Source: Tubulanus polymorphus (lineage: Eukaryota; Animalia; Nemertea). Taken from it: a stretch of 64,000 bases of DNA. The DNA lies in the NCBI RefSeq assembly GCF_964204645.1, contig NC_134034.1, positions 2,108,072 through 2,172,071 of the forward strand. The letters are read 5' to 3'. A model generated the notes under the pieces. It searched no databases. It was given only the letters and a program-made list of their open reading frames with translations, and was not told the DNA's origin. Both the position numbers and the translations under genes were made by a program. This document shows, one piece after another, positions 12,201-24,200 of this stretch. Numbering within the stretch: the stretch's first letter is position 1; every line of letters starts with the position of its first letter.

Positions 12201-15200
12201 ATTTACCCCTAGGGATAACTTAGATACCCAGTCTATGAAACCAGGCCCTGGTTTCTCATTGCCACTATTATGGTACTTGTCACCGAGATTGAGGGATCTA
12301 CCCCTAGGGATAATAACAGTGTGATCATCAGTCTATGAAACCGGGCCCTGGTGAAGACACAACCCTAGGTGAAGCATTGAAGCAATGGCGAGTATTTCGA
12401 AACAGAAATCCATAATTACCTGTAACATAGCATTACAGTAAGCGTTGGGAATATGAGTCTCTAAACCGGCGAAGTTCGTCTTGTTGTAGTGTCGGAAATC
12501 GAAATCTTCCAGTCCCAATTTCGAGTATTTGATCTCGACTTTACGATAGTGTTTCGGCACTATTATAAACGGATCATCGCCTTCAAAAAGATACCAGTAT
12601 TTACTTTTCAGTCCAGGTATAGCAGCGAGTATCGTTCAAGATAGTTATTCACAGAACTCTAAGTCACGGGGATAGTTACAATAAAGAGTGTTTACAGTAG
12701 TAAGGCTAGGGCAAAAGTAAGCACTTTTTGATTATACGTAAAAGTAAACACTTTCTGAGGCAAAACTGACACTATTCTTATCACTTAAGATCGTGGCCCT
12801 TGTCCTCGTTATTTCGTTTATACAGGCATTAACATTGGCCAAACACATAAATGTCCGAAAAAATAATTTAGGATACCGAAAGTCCAAAGTAAGAGCGTTG
12901 TAAGAACTTCGACAGCAATTTTGGTGCAAGATCAGCACTTTTTAAGGGCCTTACCAAGTTTTCTCGATAGAAAGCACTTCTAAGCACTTGTTATGAAACC
13001 TTCAGGACCCAGTTCCACAGTTGTGAGTTAGAGTTAACTCTGAGTTAAAGTTAGTTCATTTTCAATGTTTTAACCCAGGGTCAAATCTTAACTCAGAACT
13101 GTGGAACTGGACCCAGAACTTTAAAAATATTTTCAGACATTGTTTTTGAGGCACAAGGGGGCAGCCCCGTATTTAGGGGACAAGGCGAAATCGAGTATGT
13201 ATCAGGGATGATTGACAGCTGCTAATGTGTCAGGAATCACGATCGACCGGTGAAAGGGGCGGAGTATTCGAATGAATTAAATTACCTCTTCCCGACGGAG
13301 AGTCGGGCACCGTGCGTTTTTTGTTGCCTTTCGAATCATTTGATTTCAGTTGATACGGGACCTCGTTGCGGTGTCTGGTGCCGGGGTTCGGGGCGTAACC
13401 CACGTTCTGCGTATACTTTACTGTACGCAGGATTTCGGGATCAACTGCTTGAGGACGTCTGCAATGGAACATCACGCCGAATCATCTAAACATATTCTTT
13501 ACTTACATATTTCATTATTCCGACAATTTACCTAAGGCAACTGATTCACACCGGCTACCTTCCTAACATTTATAAATTCCAGGGATTAAAACGGCCCATA
13601 TTGAAAAAAGAATTTTTTGGGAAACAAAAATCAGTAACTCTTAGCCAATAAACTTACTTTCTTTTGGTCAAAATGTTAATAGTTTGGGCCTGAATTATAC
13701 ACTATATGTTTTTGACAAACCGAAGAAAAATCGCCGCAGCAATAAAACCAGAACCCGTCAAAATCGGCCGCGGCAATCGAAAAATTGCTTCCAACGCGCT
13801 CGTCAAGAGATTTCCAGGTCAATGGCCACGCCCGAGATTCATTATTGCTGCAGGCTGAGGGGGGATTCGTTATCATCAGTTACACTACAGGGGCCGGTTT
13901 CATAGTCGAGACTTAAGTCCAAAAGTGGTCTTAAATCTTAAGACTGGTCTTAAGCTGTTAGATTAGCTACATATCTAAAAGAGTCTTAGACTAGTCTTGA
14001 GACTAAGTCACGACTATGGAACCGGCCCCAGTATTCCGGGTAAGATGAGACCGATGAATGTATACCTATCACGCTAGCGTTTAGCGGACGGTGTCACGGA
14101 ATCGTCGTTACCTGTAGGTTTTTTCGAGAAGGTAATCGGGCATGTCAGAGAGTAGTTTCCCTTGCGTCGGGTACTGCATCGGCACCAGCGAGTATGGAGT
14201 TACTTCGTCGTTAATGTGCAACGCTTGCAACGACTCCACCTAAAATACGCGTAGAGTGAGAGATCATGGTTCTGGGTCCAGTTCCACAGTTGTGAGTTAA
14301 AGATTTAACTCTGAGTTAACTCATTGAAAATGAACTAACTTTAAAACTCTAACTCACAACTGTGGAACTGGGTCATGGTTCCTACAGGGTCCAGTACCAC
14401 GGTTGCGAGTTAACTCATTGAAAATGAACTAACTTTAAAACTCTAACTCACAACTGTGGAACTGGGACCAGTTCCACAGTTGTGAGTTACGATTTAAAAT
14501 TAAGCTGTATAAACCCGAGAGTCCCATGCACACTGACACTAACTCATTGGAAATCAACTAACTTTAATTCTAACTGTGGAACTGGGTCCAGATCGGTAAT
14601 TGTTTTTTTTAGGTAATGCTAACCTAAATTTTCGAAGTCAATTATTATCAGTCACGCTATTTCGTTGACAGTTTCAGATTTTAACCCCTTGTTCGCTTCC
14701 TCCTATTTTTCGGTCGAAGATTCACCCCCCAATGCCCGCTGCACCCGAACTACCCAACTTACCGGATCGGCGAATGTTGTATCCCTCGAATACGTGTTGA
14801 ACACATTTTCTTCGTGACTTTGAGCAAACAGATGCAGAAAACCTACGTACGAAAACAAAATAAGCATCGATTCGAAAAACATTTTAAGATTCAAAAGTCG
14901 ATTCAATTGTCGATACGAAATGAGCGTATTCGAATTTGAACTAACTTTCGTGATCTTTAATATCATATCATTATACAAGCGAAATATATGAATGTTATTT
15001 TTCGAGGCGCCGACAAACTTTCAACACGGTCCCTACGGATCGGTTATCTCTGCATATAAGGAGTTTCCGAGGAATTTTAATAAAATTAGTTTCAAATTGA
15101 GAAGAGCGTCTGCATCACTTTCATATCCGAACACTCCTCGGGACCTAAATCTGTTTAACTTGTTCGGTGACTTTGTTAGCCAATTTTTATACCTAAAATC

Positions 15201-18200
15201 GTTTTCTAATTCGGTGAGCGTCTAATTGGGGAAAATTACAAATCCTGGTCTCAACTCTACCGACCGTAGTCTACAGGGGCCTTAAGTCCAAAAGTGGTCT
15301 TAAGTTGTTAGATTAGCGATAGAACTAAGTTGGTCTTAGACTGGTCTTAAGTCTTAAGCCATGAATACGCAACTGGCCCCTGTACAACTATGTACAAACT
15401 AGACGAAAATTTCATCTCAAAATTTCAAGGAGTTTTAAAGGAGTTTCAAGCACATTCAAATATCAACAAGGAGTCGTTGGGACCCGGTTTCGAGTTCTTT
15501 TTTTTTCGTTCGAACGACTCACCTCCCGAATCGCCGAATCCGAGGGCCTGATAACTGGTCGACACGTCGCACGCCATGATCATAGCGCCCTCTGTGTGCA
15601 CCTGATATAAACATAGTTGAGGATTCGATACGGACGCCGTGTCCATCAACTGGAACTGACCGGCCTAGAAAATAAAAATTCAACGGAAAATTACGTTAAA
15701 TGGAATCATTTACTCAGAAACAAGGGTAGAATTACCCGCCACCTAAACCGCAGTAACATACAAGAGTCTACTGTATTTCACAAACACGTAGTGTTTTGAA
15801 CCCCTTTTTTTTTCTTTCTAAAGACTGACCTGTGACACGACGGCTATGCGGTTCGGATATTCCGAAATGAATCTGATGAACATCGGATCTATCGAGGCTT
15901 GTAACGGCGCCACGGCCCTCATCACTCGCAAATCATAAACCTTCATGTAACGATCCATAGTTAAACTGCCCATCCTAGAAATAAAACAATCGAAATCACA
16001 AAATAACACCGGAAAATCCTGACGCTAGCGTCTAGCAGAACATACTGTGGCAATAGAGGATTCCACTTGCAGCGAGTGAGGATCCACCAGGTGTCGCTAG
16101 TGTGCAGTAGGACATCAACTACTGCGGCAATAGAGGATTTCACTTGTAGCGAATGAGTATCCACCAGGTGTAGCTAGTGTGCAGTGGGTCATCAACTACT
16201 GCAGCAATAGAGGATTCCACTTGTGACAAGTGAGGATCCACCAGGTGTAGCTAGTGTGCAGTAGGATATCAACTTCTGTGGCTATAGAGGATTCCACTTG
16301 TGGCAAGTGAGGATCCACCAGGTGTCGCTAGTGTACAATAGGATATCAAATACTGCGGCAATAGAAAATTTTGCTTGTGGTGTGGATCCACCAGGTGTGA
16401 CTAGCGTGCACTAGGACATTTACTTATGCGACAAAAGAGGATTCCACTTGTGTCAAGTGAGAATCCACTAAGTGTCGCTAGTGGGCAGCAGGACATTAAC
16501 GCCATCTGGTCACGTGTCATATCTATCGAAATAACCCCAACGCTGAGGGGCCGGTTGCTCAAGGGTTGGTTAAACATAACCGACGGATAAATACGATAGT
16601 AACAACGAACTTATAACCGTCACTACGTCAACTATCCACCGGTTACCTCTTGATCGACTTTTCAGCAACTGCGACCGCAGAATGTTAGAGCGAAGTGTTC
16701 AGTTAATTTACCTGTTCGAGAATCCGCATGTAACGAGTAAGTTATCCCTGACGTCGAAATCGGACAGCGTTCCGTTGTGCGCGTCGAGAACGTGTTCAGC
16801 TTTCAGTGTGTTCGGATCCCTCAGTGTCACCTGTCACATCAAAAACGCATTACTACATTTTGTCAACACACAGGGGCGGGGAGCTGCTCGATCTTAGAAT
16901 TCCCTGATTTCCACAGAAATGCCCAGATTCCCTGATTTCCCTGCAGGGAATTTGAATTTCGAAATTTTCTTATTCGATTAGAAACTCTAAACCCTTTCAG
17001 TGCGGTGTATCAATTGGTGAAACACCGCTATAAAAACAGGTTAACAGGTTGCGATTAAAAGGTTCGCTTGCAATTCTTCAATTTTCTTCAAATAGCAATT
17101 TTCTCATTCGATTAGAAACTCTAAACCCTTTCAGTGCGGTGTATTAATTGGCGAATGACTTTGCTCTAATACACCGCATCGCCGTGTATTTTCGTTTTGT
17201 CCACTGACCTTTCCGCTGGTGTCTCCGGCGCAGATATATCGATTAGAATAACGCAAGATCGCACATCCGTGTTCACCAACTTCCATCTACAAACGACGAC
17301 GAAGCAATTTAGAAGAATTATTTTGACAAAAAAAAAAAATCGCTAAAAACCAGCTGTTGCTAATCAAATTCTCATAATTTAATCAAAAGTATTTTCCAAG
17401 AAATGTCTAAAATCTTTATGAGCTCTAGACAATCTAAATCTTTAAAAGTCTCCCATAATCGATTTGTAACTTTAACATCTTAAGTCCCGCCATCTGGTGG
17501 ACACGAACTGAATTAGCGTACAATCCCCATACGACTAAACTCATCCTCGTAAAAAACCGACTTTCCTACGGTTAGAAATGATATTTTGGAATCGGAGGGT
17601 TTTTTGAGAGGGTGTCGAGGGGTGACGGGGACCCTGCCATTATTCTACAGATCGTGTTCAGACTCTCATCGCCGAAATACGCACCAGTCTTAATCTTCTG
17701 CCTTGGTTGAAATCGAATTCGATTACCGTTTTCTGGTGACCGGCGATTAACAAGGAGGTCGGGCTGTTCTGTAACATACATTGCATATTCTGCAGATTTT
17801 CATCTCTGAAACACAAAAAAAAAAACTGAGTTTCCTCAACCCCTTGATTCACTATGCACAAAATAGTTATTTTGGTTTGAGGTTCCTTTTCCCCCTAAAA
17901 CCACCGAGGCCAGTTGCTCAAAAGTTGGTTAGAGTTAACCAATGGATAGTTCATATGATGACAATTGAAATTTCATTATTACTATGGTATTTAACGGCCG
18001 GTTATCTTAAACCAACTTTTCAGCAACTGGCCCCTGAACGCCAATCAAGGCATCGTTAGCAGGTTTGAGGTTTCTTGTTCCCCTCAACCCACTGAGTGCC
18101 ACAAAGGGTATTTTCAGCAAGTTTTAGAGGTGTCTTGTTCCTCGCGACCGATCGGTGAGATTACGTACGTGTAGGAATATTGAGAGTTGCCGAATCTCGC

Positions 18201-19830
18201 GTAACACCGCAGCATGTCGCTCGTCAGACAGACGATACCGCCCTCTAGCGGCAGAATTTGTCGTATATCGTTCGTCGGATGAACTTGAAACGATGTGTAT
18301 TTTTGCAACGTCAGCGAATAGTAACTGGTCACGTGACCCTGCGGCAAAAAATTGAATACTTCAAAAATACAGGAAGAAATTTTTTTCTCAGTTAAATACA
18401 GAAAAGCAGATTAATAATCGCACAATGAGGACTCTACGTTCGACTGTGGCAATAGAGGGTTCCACTTGTGGCAAGCGAGGATCCACCAGGTTCGCTAGTG
18501 TGCACTCAGACATCAACCTCTGGATTCTTCTCATATTCGATTAAAGTCTATCCATAATTTCTCAAATTCTTTGAATGGTGATCATTAAAAACCACCTTAA
18601 ATATGAACCTTAAGATCATCTGAGTTTATCAAAATGAGTGATTTGCCTAATTTCTGACGAGGGAGGCTAAAAATCTAGATGAAAGTTCATTGAAAGTGAA
18701 CTAGATTTTGACGGGGTTGTCGCACTGTTACGCACGCCATCTAGCGGGATAGCTGGTGGCACGAAGTTTTCATTGTTCGTGGAAGTTCGGGGTACATAGG
18801 AGTAATAAGGCTGAGGCGAAAGAGAATCTTTTTTTCTAGTAGCGCGTTCGATTATCTCCTGCGAGTAAGTCCGGGTATACCCGGCGATTACCCGGGCGCG
18901 TTTCGATTTATCAGTCAAGTGGTAGTTCGGGCTTCCCCGGGGGTGGTTTAAAGTGAGCGACTCCCGGAGCAGGTCACTTTAAACTTCCCCGCCCGGAAGC
19001 CTGAACTATCACGTGACGGATAAATCGAAAGCGTCCGGGATACCGTAAGAATTTTTTAAGCAATTTTGTACCAGGTATCTCTTATCATTCAAGATAGCGC
19101 CCATTTGTCCTTATCCACAACATAACGTTTGGGGTACGACTTAAGCTTAGTGAGTTCGAATCTCTTAACGGATGAAGATGGAGGGAAGGGAGAAACAGAG
19201 AGTGCAGAGCCGTCGGAATGGGGGCGGCAAGGGCGGCCACAGCCGTGCCACTTTTTAAAATGATCTTTTTTTAATGTTATTTCCTCTCGTTATGGATATC
19301 ATGATTTTCATAGCCAGATGCGCTCAGAATCAATCTCAGAAAATCCAAATAATTTTGGGGGAGGACCCCTAGAGCTACCTTTTAGGCTTTGCTAAAATAC
19401 AGCTGCGTGGCAATCACGTTCTTTACCAGTTCATCAATAAAATCAATAGCCGCCCCACTGAAATGTTCCTTCCCTGGAGTGAAATAAAGAGACCGATACT
19501 AACCCCTTGGTTTCCCATCCAGAGCAGTTCTTCCTGAGTGTCGAACGCGACCGCCGACAACGCGAACCGGTCGCCACCGTCGGCCATTATAGAGTGAATC
19601 TCGGGGAATTCGTTGTCCATGTTTCCGGCGGGACCGGCGAACATCGGCTGAAATGAGTGATGGTGCCCGCCGTGGTGGTGGTGGTGCTGCTGGTGGTGAC
19701 CCTGATGCTGCATACCGGCGCCCGCGTGGGGCATGTGCCCGCCGCCGCCGCCACCGTGCTGCCCGTGGTGGTGGTGCCCGTGATGGTGCGGAGGCCCGTG
19801 GTGACCGCCTCCGTGACCTGCATAGTCCAT
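239..19830 (-). CDS. PAN2: PAN2-PAN3 deadenylation complex catalytic subunit PAN2 (WD40 + pseudo-UCH + DEDDh exonuclease), multi-exon
   Basis: Hand-spliced GT-AG exons with consistent phases: 19830-19504, 18338-18169, 17805-17685, 17286-17209, 16830-16712, 15974-15830, 15664-15523, 14842-14763, 14239-14112, 13458-13286, 12580-12420, 11439-11311, 11150-11001, 10252-10038, 9829-9696, 9040-8928, 8571-8473, 8229-8111, 7374-7233, 6778-6578, 5967-5877, 5301-5061, 4306-4069, 3312-3219, 438-239. PAN2 motifs: [109 protein letters not shown] (catalytic DEDDh residues intact). Confidence 0.96.
452..3100. repeat. 34-bp tandem satellite (~78 copies) filling most of the last PAN2 intron
   Basis: Unit GATATACAGGGTCCCTACAGATCAGTGATTCCTG repeated head-to-tail with a few recurring single-base variants. 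Confidence 0.98.
3443..3945. repeat. Dispersed ~96-120-bp tandem repeat family (other arrays at ~23880-24320 inverted and ~38595-38845)
   Basis: Unit ATGT(G/A)AAGTGTGGA(T/C)GATCAGTTTTTGAAAGTGTGCTGATAAAATGTCTAATGCCTGGTGTTTGTAGTTCATTTTCAAT... occurs in tandem here (96-bp period) and in DCTN2 and HPRT1 introns. Confidence 0.9.
3731..3870 (-). mobile_element. 140-bp solo LTR of a tRNA-containing TRIM (Helenus-like)
   Basis: TG...CA ends with inverted termini TGTAACAGG / CCTGTCACA; 4-bp TSD TGAA (3727-3730, 3871-3874) confirmed by uninterrupted neighbouring repeat units; internal minus-strand tRNA-like sequence 3750-3820 with A box TGGCTCAGCGG and B box GTTCGAATC. Confidence 0.75.
6188..6475. mobile_element. 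Non-autonomous piggyBac-type MITE (288 bp)
   Basis: TTAA flanks (6184-6187, 6476-6479), TIR CCCTTTCAGTGC...GCACTGAAAGGG; related degenerate copies at ~5330-5612, ~9240-9654, ~26208-26630 and ~16990-17190. Confidence 0.85.
7525..8097 (+). repeat. 77-bp double-hairpin tandem repeat array
   Basis: Unit CACTAGCGACACCTGGTGGATCCTCACTTGCCACAAGTGGAATCCTCTATTGCTGCAGTAGTTGATGTCCTACTGCA; period 77 (CTGCACACTAG at 7601, 7678, 7755). Confidence 0.93.
8605..8900. repeat. 60-bp tandem repeat (~4.5 copies) in a PAN2 intron
   Basis: GGATCTTAGATACCGGCCGGAAAATGTCTCAAACCGCATACAAAGGGTTAATTTGAAACA repeated. Confidence 0.93.
10398..10570. mobile_element. Tc1/mariner-type MITE (second copy ~41443-41610)
   Basis: TIR CAGTCAACCCCC...GGGGGTTGACTG followed by TA; near-identical internal sequence at ~41443-41610. 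Confidence 0.7.
13006..13114. mobile_element. Palindromic PIF/Harbinger-like MITE family (CCAGTTCCACAG...CTGTGGAACTGG); further copies 14274-14590, 35150-35263, tandem half-units 47790-47990
   Basis: Inverted termini and CAG/CTG flanks in several copies. Confidence 0.65.
13891..14028. mobile_element. PIF/Harbinger (Tourist-like) MITE; further copies ~15275-15380, ~22640-22752, ~35268-35405
   Basis: TIR GGGCCGGTTTCATAGTC...GACTATGGAACCGGCCC with 3-bp TSD CAG on both sides. Confidence 0.75.
16022..16497 (-). repeat. 77/78-bp double-hairpin repeat array (inverted orientation)
   Basis: Reverse complement of the 7525-8097 unit, about 6 copies. Confidence 0.9.
18891..19039. repeat. ~150-bp imperfect inverted repeat (fold-back) in PAN2 intron
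   Basis: CCCGGGCGCGTTTCGATTTATCAGTCAAGTGGTAGTTCGGGCTTCC...TTTAAAGTGA pairs with TCACTTTAAA...GGAAGCCTGAACTATCACGTGACGGATAAATCGAAAGCGTCCGGG. Confidence 0.8.
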
Positions 19831-20773
19831 TTCACTACCGAGTGGTGGTTATGGTATAAATTCAATTCGCGGAGTCTTCTGTAATGAAAGAAAAAAAATC
19901 GAACATTCAGAAAAATTTCATTCACGAAATAAATTTTTCAAGGCATGCCATACTTGCAAAAATTTATTGAGCAGAAATAAAATTTTTTCTTTGTAACATG
20001 TGCTTCGGGATCGGAATGACAGCAGTTCAAAGACATGAGAAACATAAGTTTACATGAAGGAAACGCCGTACCAAGTTAATATGGAGCCACCCACTGAAGA
20101 AAGGGATGGCTCCGAAATCCATGATTCATAGAATTGCATTGAATATTCAAGTACATCGGCCTCACATGAAACTGTGGATATCTTAAATTTAGGGATACAA
20201 CAGAAACCTTACTCCACCTGGAGCCACCTGTTAGACGATGGGAAGACTCCAAATATAATAGGAGCACTCCACCAATGCGTGATTCAAGAAAAATAATTGC
20301 AGGCCTACTAATCTAATCTTCATATGATTGATTTTGAACCGATGATTCTGCGTAGCTTTCTTGTGTTCAACTGATTTTAATCATCTACAATGTGAGAAAT
20401 GTGAAGAATATTCACATCGATACAAACCGTTACGACTTTCGAACTCTTCCGTTTCCTGCGACCTTTTCTTCAGTTTATAAAATTTAGATTTTCAGAAAAA
20501 AACCAACAAAATTTCAAAATTGAATTAGTACTCTAAAAATGAGAACACATCAGTGGAATTTACACAACTGACCACAGAAACAATAGCAATATTTTTAAAA
20601 GAATCGACCATGCCGTGATTGATTGATGATTCAGAGCCAGGAACTGGAAGAGGAAAAGCATGCTGCTTGTTCGCGGGATCCCGAACATTTTTGCATCAAT
20701 GCTGCCTTCAATTCCTCCAACTCGAACCAGATTTCCTGCCCTCAAAAGCGATCTTCTCAAAAACAACATATAC

Positions 20774-21290
20774 CTTCGTCAGATTCCTGAGATCGGCTCG
20801 TCTAGCTGCTCTAATTGGCGTTCTGGTTGAAAAAACAAAAAATTCCGTGTTAAAAAATCAAAGGTGAGACGACGCCATGTTTTACTATACGGCTACGAGT
20901 AAAACGAGGAATTGGATTCGGAGTGGGGCTTAAATGTTCCACATTTTTTCCATTTTCGTGCGTGTAAAAATCATGGAAGTGTAAACTTAACACTTTAAAA
21001 TGAACCATTAAAAAGGTTTTTTAAATTCCTTCAAATCATCGTCATTTTTAGTCCGACGCTTTTTCGAAGAAAAAACTGATTATTGCAAAACCTCGACTGA
21101 ATCGACGATTACAAATTGTCCATAGCTTTTACAAAAAAAAGACTTTGATATACAACAATATTACTAAGGCTACTAGATTTATCCAGAAAAAAATGAAATC
21201 AAAAAGGATGAATGGTATGGTATGAATTTTTATGAATTTCGTCGTGGCAAGTCGGTTTAAGATGTCACTTCATTTCAAGATGGCGGCGAT
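20774..21290. promoter_or_regulatory. Probable bidirectional promoter region of PAN2 (-) and DCTN2 (+), including a putative PAN2 non-coding first exon
   Basis: Minus-strand donor at 20773 and acceptor at 19879-19880 upstream of the PAN2 ATG; YY1-type motif CAAGATGGCGGC over the DCTN2 start and AACATGGCG on the opposite strand at ~20873-20881. Confidence 0.55.
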
Positions 21291-24200
21291 CGATCCGAAA
21301 TATCAAAATCTTCCCGGAATTGTAAGTAACTTTTAGACCGACTAACGAACAAATCTAGAATCGGAAACCCCGAATGATGCCGATCAGGACATTTGAATCG
21401 TTAATTCGCGATGATTTGTGAAGCAGCGTGAAATTTATCTCGATGGAAACGGCTTGTCAGGTTGTAATGTAGGCCTATTCTATTTCGATGGGGGACAATA
21501 AAATCCAGATTTTATTGAGTTGAACGTCACTGACACTGGTAAGGTATATCCATAAAAAATTCAAATTGTCCCAATAGATTTTGGATTAACTTCAGTAGTT
21601 TTTGGGGTATCGCACATTGTTTGAAGGAAGGTGACAAATTTTTTTTAGCGAAAAGTGTCAATCAAACGATTTGAGTAAACCTATTCTGATATTAAGTGGG
21701 CATTTCTCATACGTGTGTCTGTTGTAGGCTTACGATCAGCCGGATATTTACGAGAGCGGTGATTTACCAGAAGCCGATCAATCGAATCAACTAGTAAGTA
21801 TGACTGGGGCCTCTGCCTCGTGAGGTGTGACCATCAATTTTATTCCCAATTAATTGTTGAATGTAATTACTTCAAGTAATTGTTAAGTGCGAACTTAATT
21901 ACGCTCAATCGTTTTTGAATAGGCTACTTATGATAATTAATCTAATTAATTGCTTTTAACTACTTTGATTTTGTAGTTTATAATTTGGTCTCAAGAAAGG
22001 GTCTAATTGCTCAATAATTACCTTAGATGGTTGTTTAATTGTTTTTAATTACTCTGAATAATTGTTAAGATTACTTTGAATAACTGCTCCGTAATTAGCT
22101 TAGATAATCGTTTAATCGTTTTTGATAACTTTGATTAAAATTCTTTTGATTTGAACGATTTCATATTTTGTCACAGCCTCGTAAAAGTCGTTTTTAGTAA
22201 ATTGTCGGTTGTTTTCGCAGGAAGAGTTGAACAGTGAAAGCGTCGAACATGTACAATGTAAACCTAACGAAGCGTACTCTAAATTCAAAGGCTCCAAATT
22301 GGACTCGTCGAATTTAGGTGAGAGTCGACCATTTGCATTTACAGCAACCCTGTATTACCTTTAACCCGGGGGGCTTACTCAATTCATTTTCAATTGAGTT
22401 AACCCCCGGGTTAAAGGTGAAAACCAGTCTATATAACCGGCCTCTGTGCGTTAAAATTTCCCAGTCGTGACAGTGTTTTTAGTAAGAAATTAACAAGCCT
22501 GGTCCCTTCGAAAAACAGGAGGGTCCCATAATATGTCACATTCCCTGAAACGAAAGCTGGTTTGAAATAACAGGTGGGTCCTTAAAAAACGACAGACGGA
22601 CCCGGGACCTGGCTCTTATTGAAAACACTGCGTGATTTTATGTCCAAAAGTGGTCTTAAATCTTAAGACTGGTCTTAAGTTGTTCGACTGGCTATAGAAC
22701 TCAGCTGGTCTTAGACTGGTCCTAAGTCTAAGCCATGACTGTGCAACCGGCCTTAGAAATCAATCAATAATCAGATGACGGAAGCTGAGTGATGGGAGAT
22801 TCATGATAATCATTTATTCGTTTATATTGCGCAAAGCGTATAAAAACATAATCATTGCATTTTACATTGGACTAAAACGTTTTAAGTTAACGTCAAAGCT
22901 GAGTAAAACACAGTTAAGCGATCAATTTTTTTGAGCGCGGTTTAAAAGGATACGAATTCAATCTTCGTGTTCTAGGTTTTCCATACCAGGAAGTAACTGA
23001 GTAGAGCAAGATTGGACGAAATTACTGCATTTTGTAGTCCCTTGACCCTTACAACCCTTACAATGCCTTGTCCCACACCCCCCCACCAAAAAAAATGATA
23101 CTGGACCAATCATTCAGGTTTTGGTCCCCTACTTTAGTCCCTTTACTTATGCTATTGGAAATTTGTCTGATAGCTGAATTCTTTTTCACAATTTTCCAGG
23201 GATCCTCACTAATTTCCAGGGGAGCCTCACTAGTTTCCAGGGGAGCCTCACTAGTTTCCAGGGAGCCTCACTAGTTTCCAGGGGAGCCTCACTAGTTTCC
23301 AGGGAGCCTCACTAGTTTCCAGGGGAGCCTCACTAGTTTCCAGGGGAGCCTCACTAGTTTCCAGGGAGCCTCACTAGTTTCCAGGAAAACGCGGAAAAAA
23401 TTTCTTCTGTCTCGTAAAAATTTGTCTCTTAAATTTTTTTCGTAGATTTTTCCGACAGAATCAGTCAAAGTCGCCGAACTGGTTATGTGGCTTTACCCGA
23501 GTACGAAATGGTGAGTATTAGAATGATAATCTGATTTGGGAGTATAAAGGTTTCATAAAAAATGAACTGATTTTCACTACGAATAACTGAGTGTATCGTT
23601 GCGCCATCTGGTGTGTGTCGGCGTTACCTCGTTGCGCGATTGTCGCTCGTTTTAATTATATCGCGGGTCGTCGTTGCTGCGTTTTTTTTTTTCAGGCCAG
23701 TAGCGAGGATCGGTCGCAAGAATCGCCGGCTCAGAAATATCATCGTCTTCAACACGAGATCAGAGAGCTCGCCGACGAGACCAAGAAAATACAGGTACGA
23801 TTTAGACTATACCTTACTACTGAACGCGTAGTGCCCGGACACTTAACCTGAAACCTTGGATATTCAATTCTTTGTCACCATTAATGAAACATTTCTAATT
23901 GAGAATAACCAACAAACACCAGACATCGGACATTTTATCAGCACACTTTCAGAAACTAATCGTCCACACTTCACATGTGTTCAGTGCTTCACCTGAGGCA
24001 TTTCTAATTGAAAATGAACTACAAACACCAGACATGAGACATTTTATCAGCACACTTTCAGAAACTGATCGTCCACACTTCACATGTGTTCATTACTTCA
24101 CCTGAGACATTTCTAATTGAAAATGAACTACAAACACCAGATATTAGACATTTTATCAGCACACTTTCAAAAAATGATCGTCCACACACTTCACATGTGT

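Noticed and set aside
12420-12460. Missing catalytic Cys in the PAN2 UCH domain (PNAYCN)
   Set aside because: Known general property of PAN2 pseudo-deubiquitinase domains, not novel.
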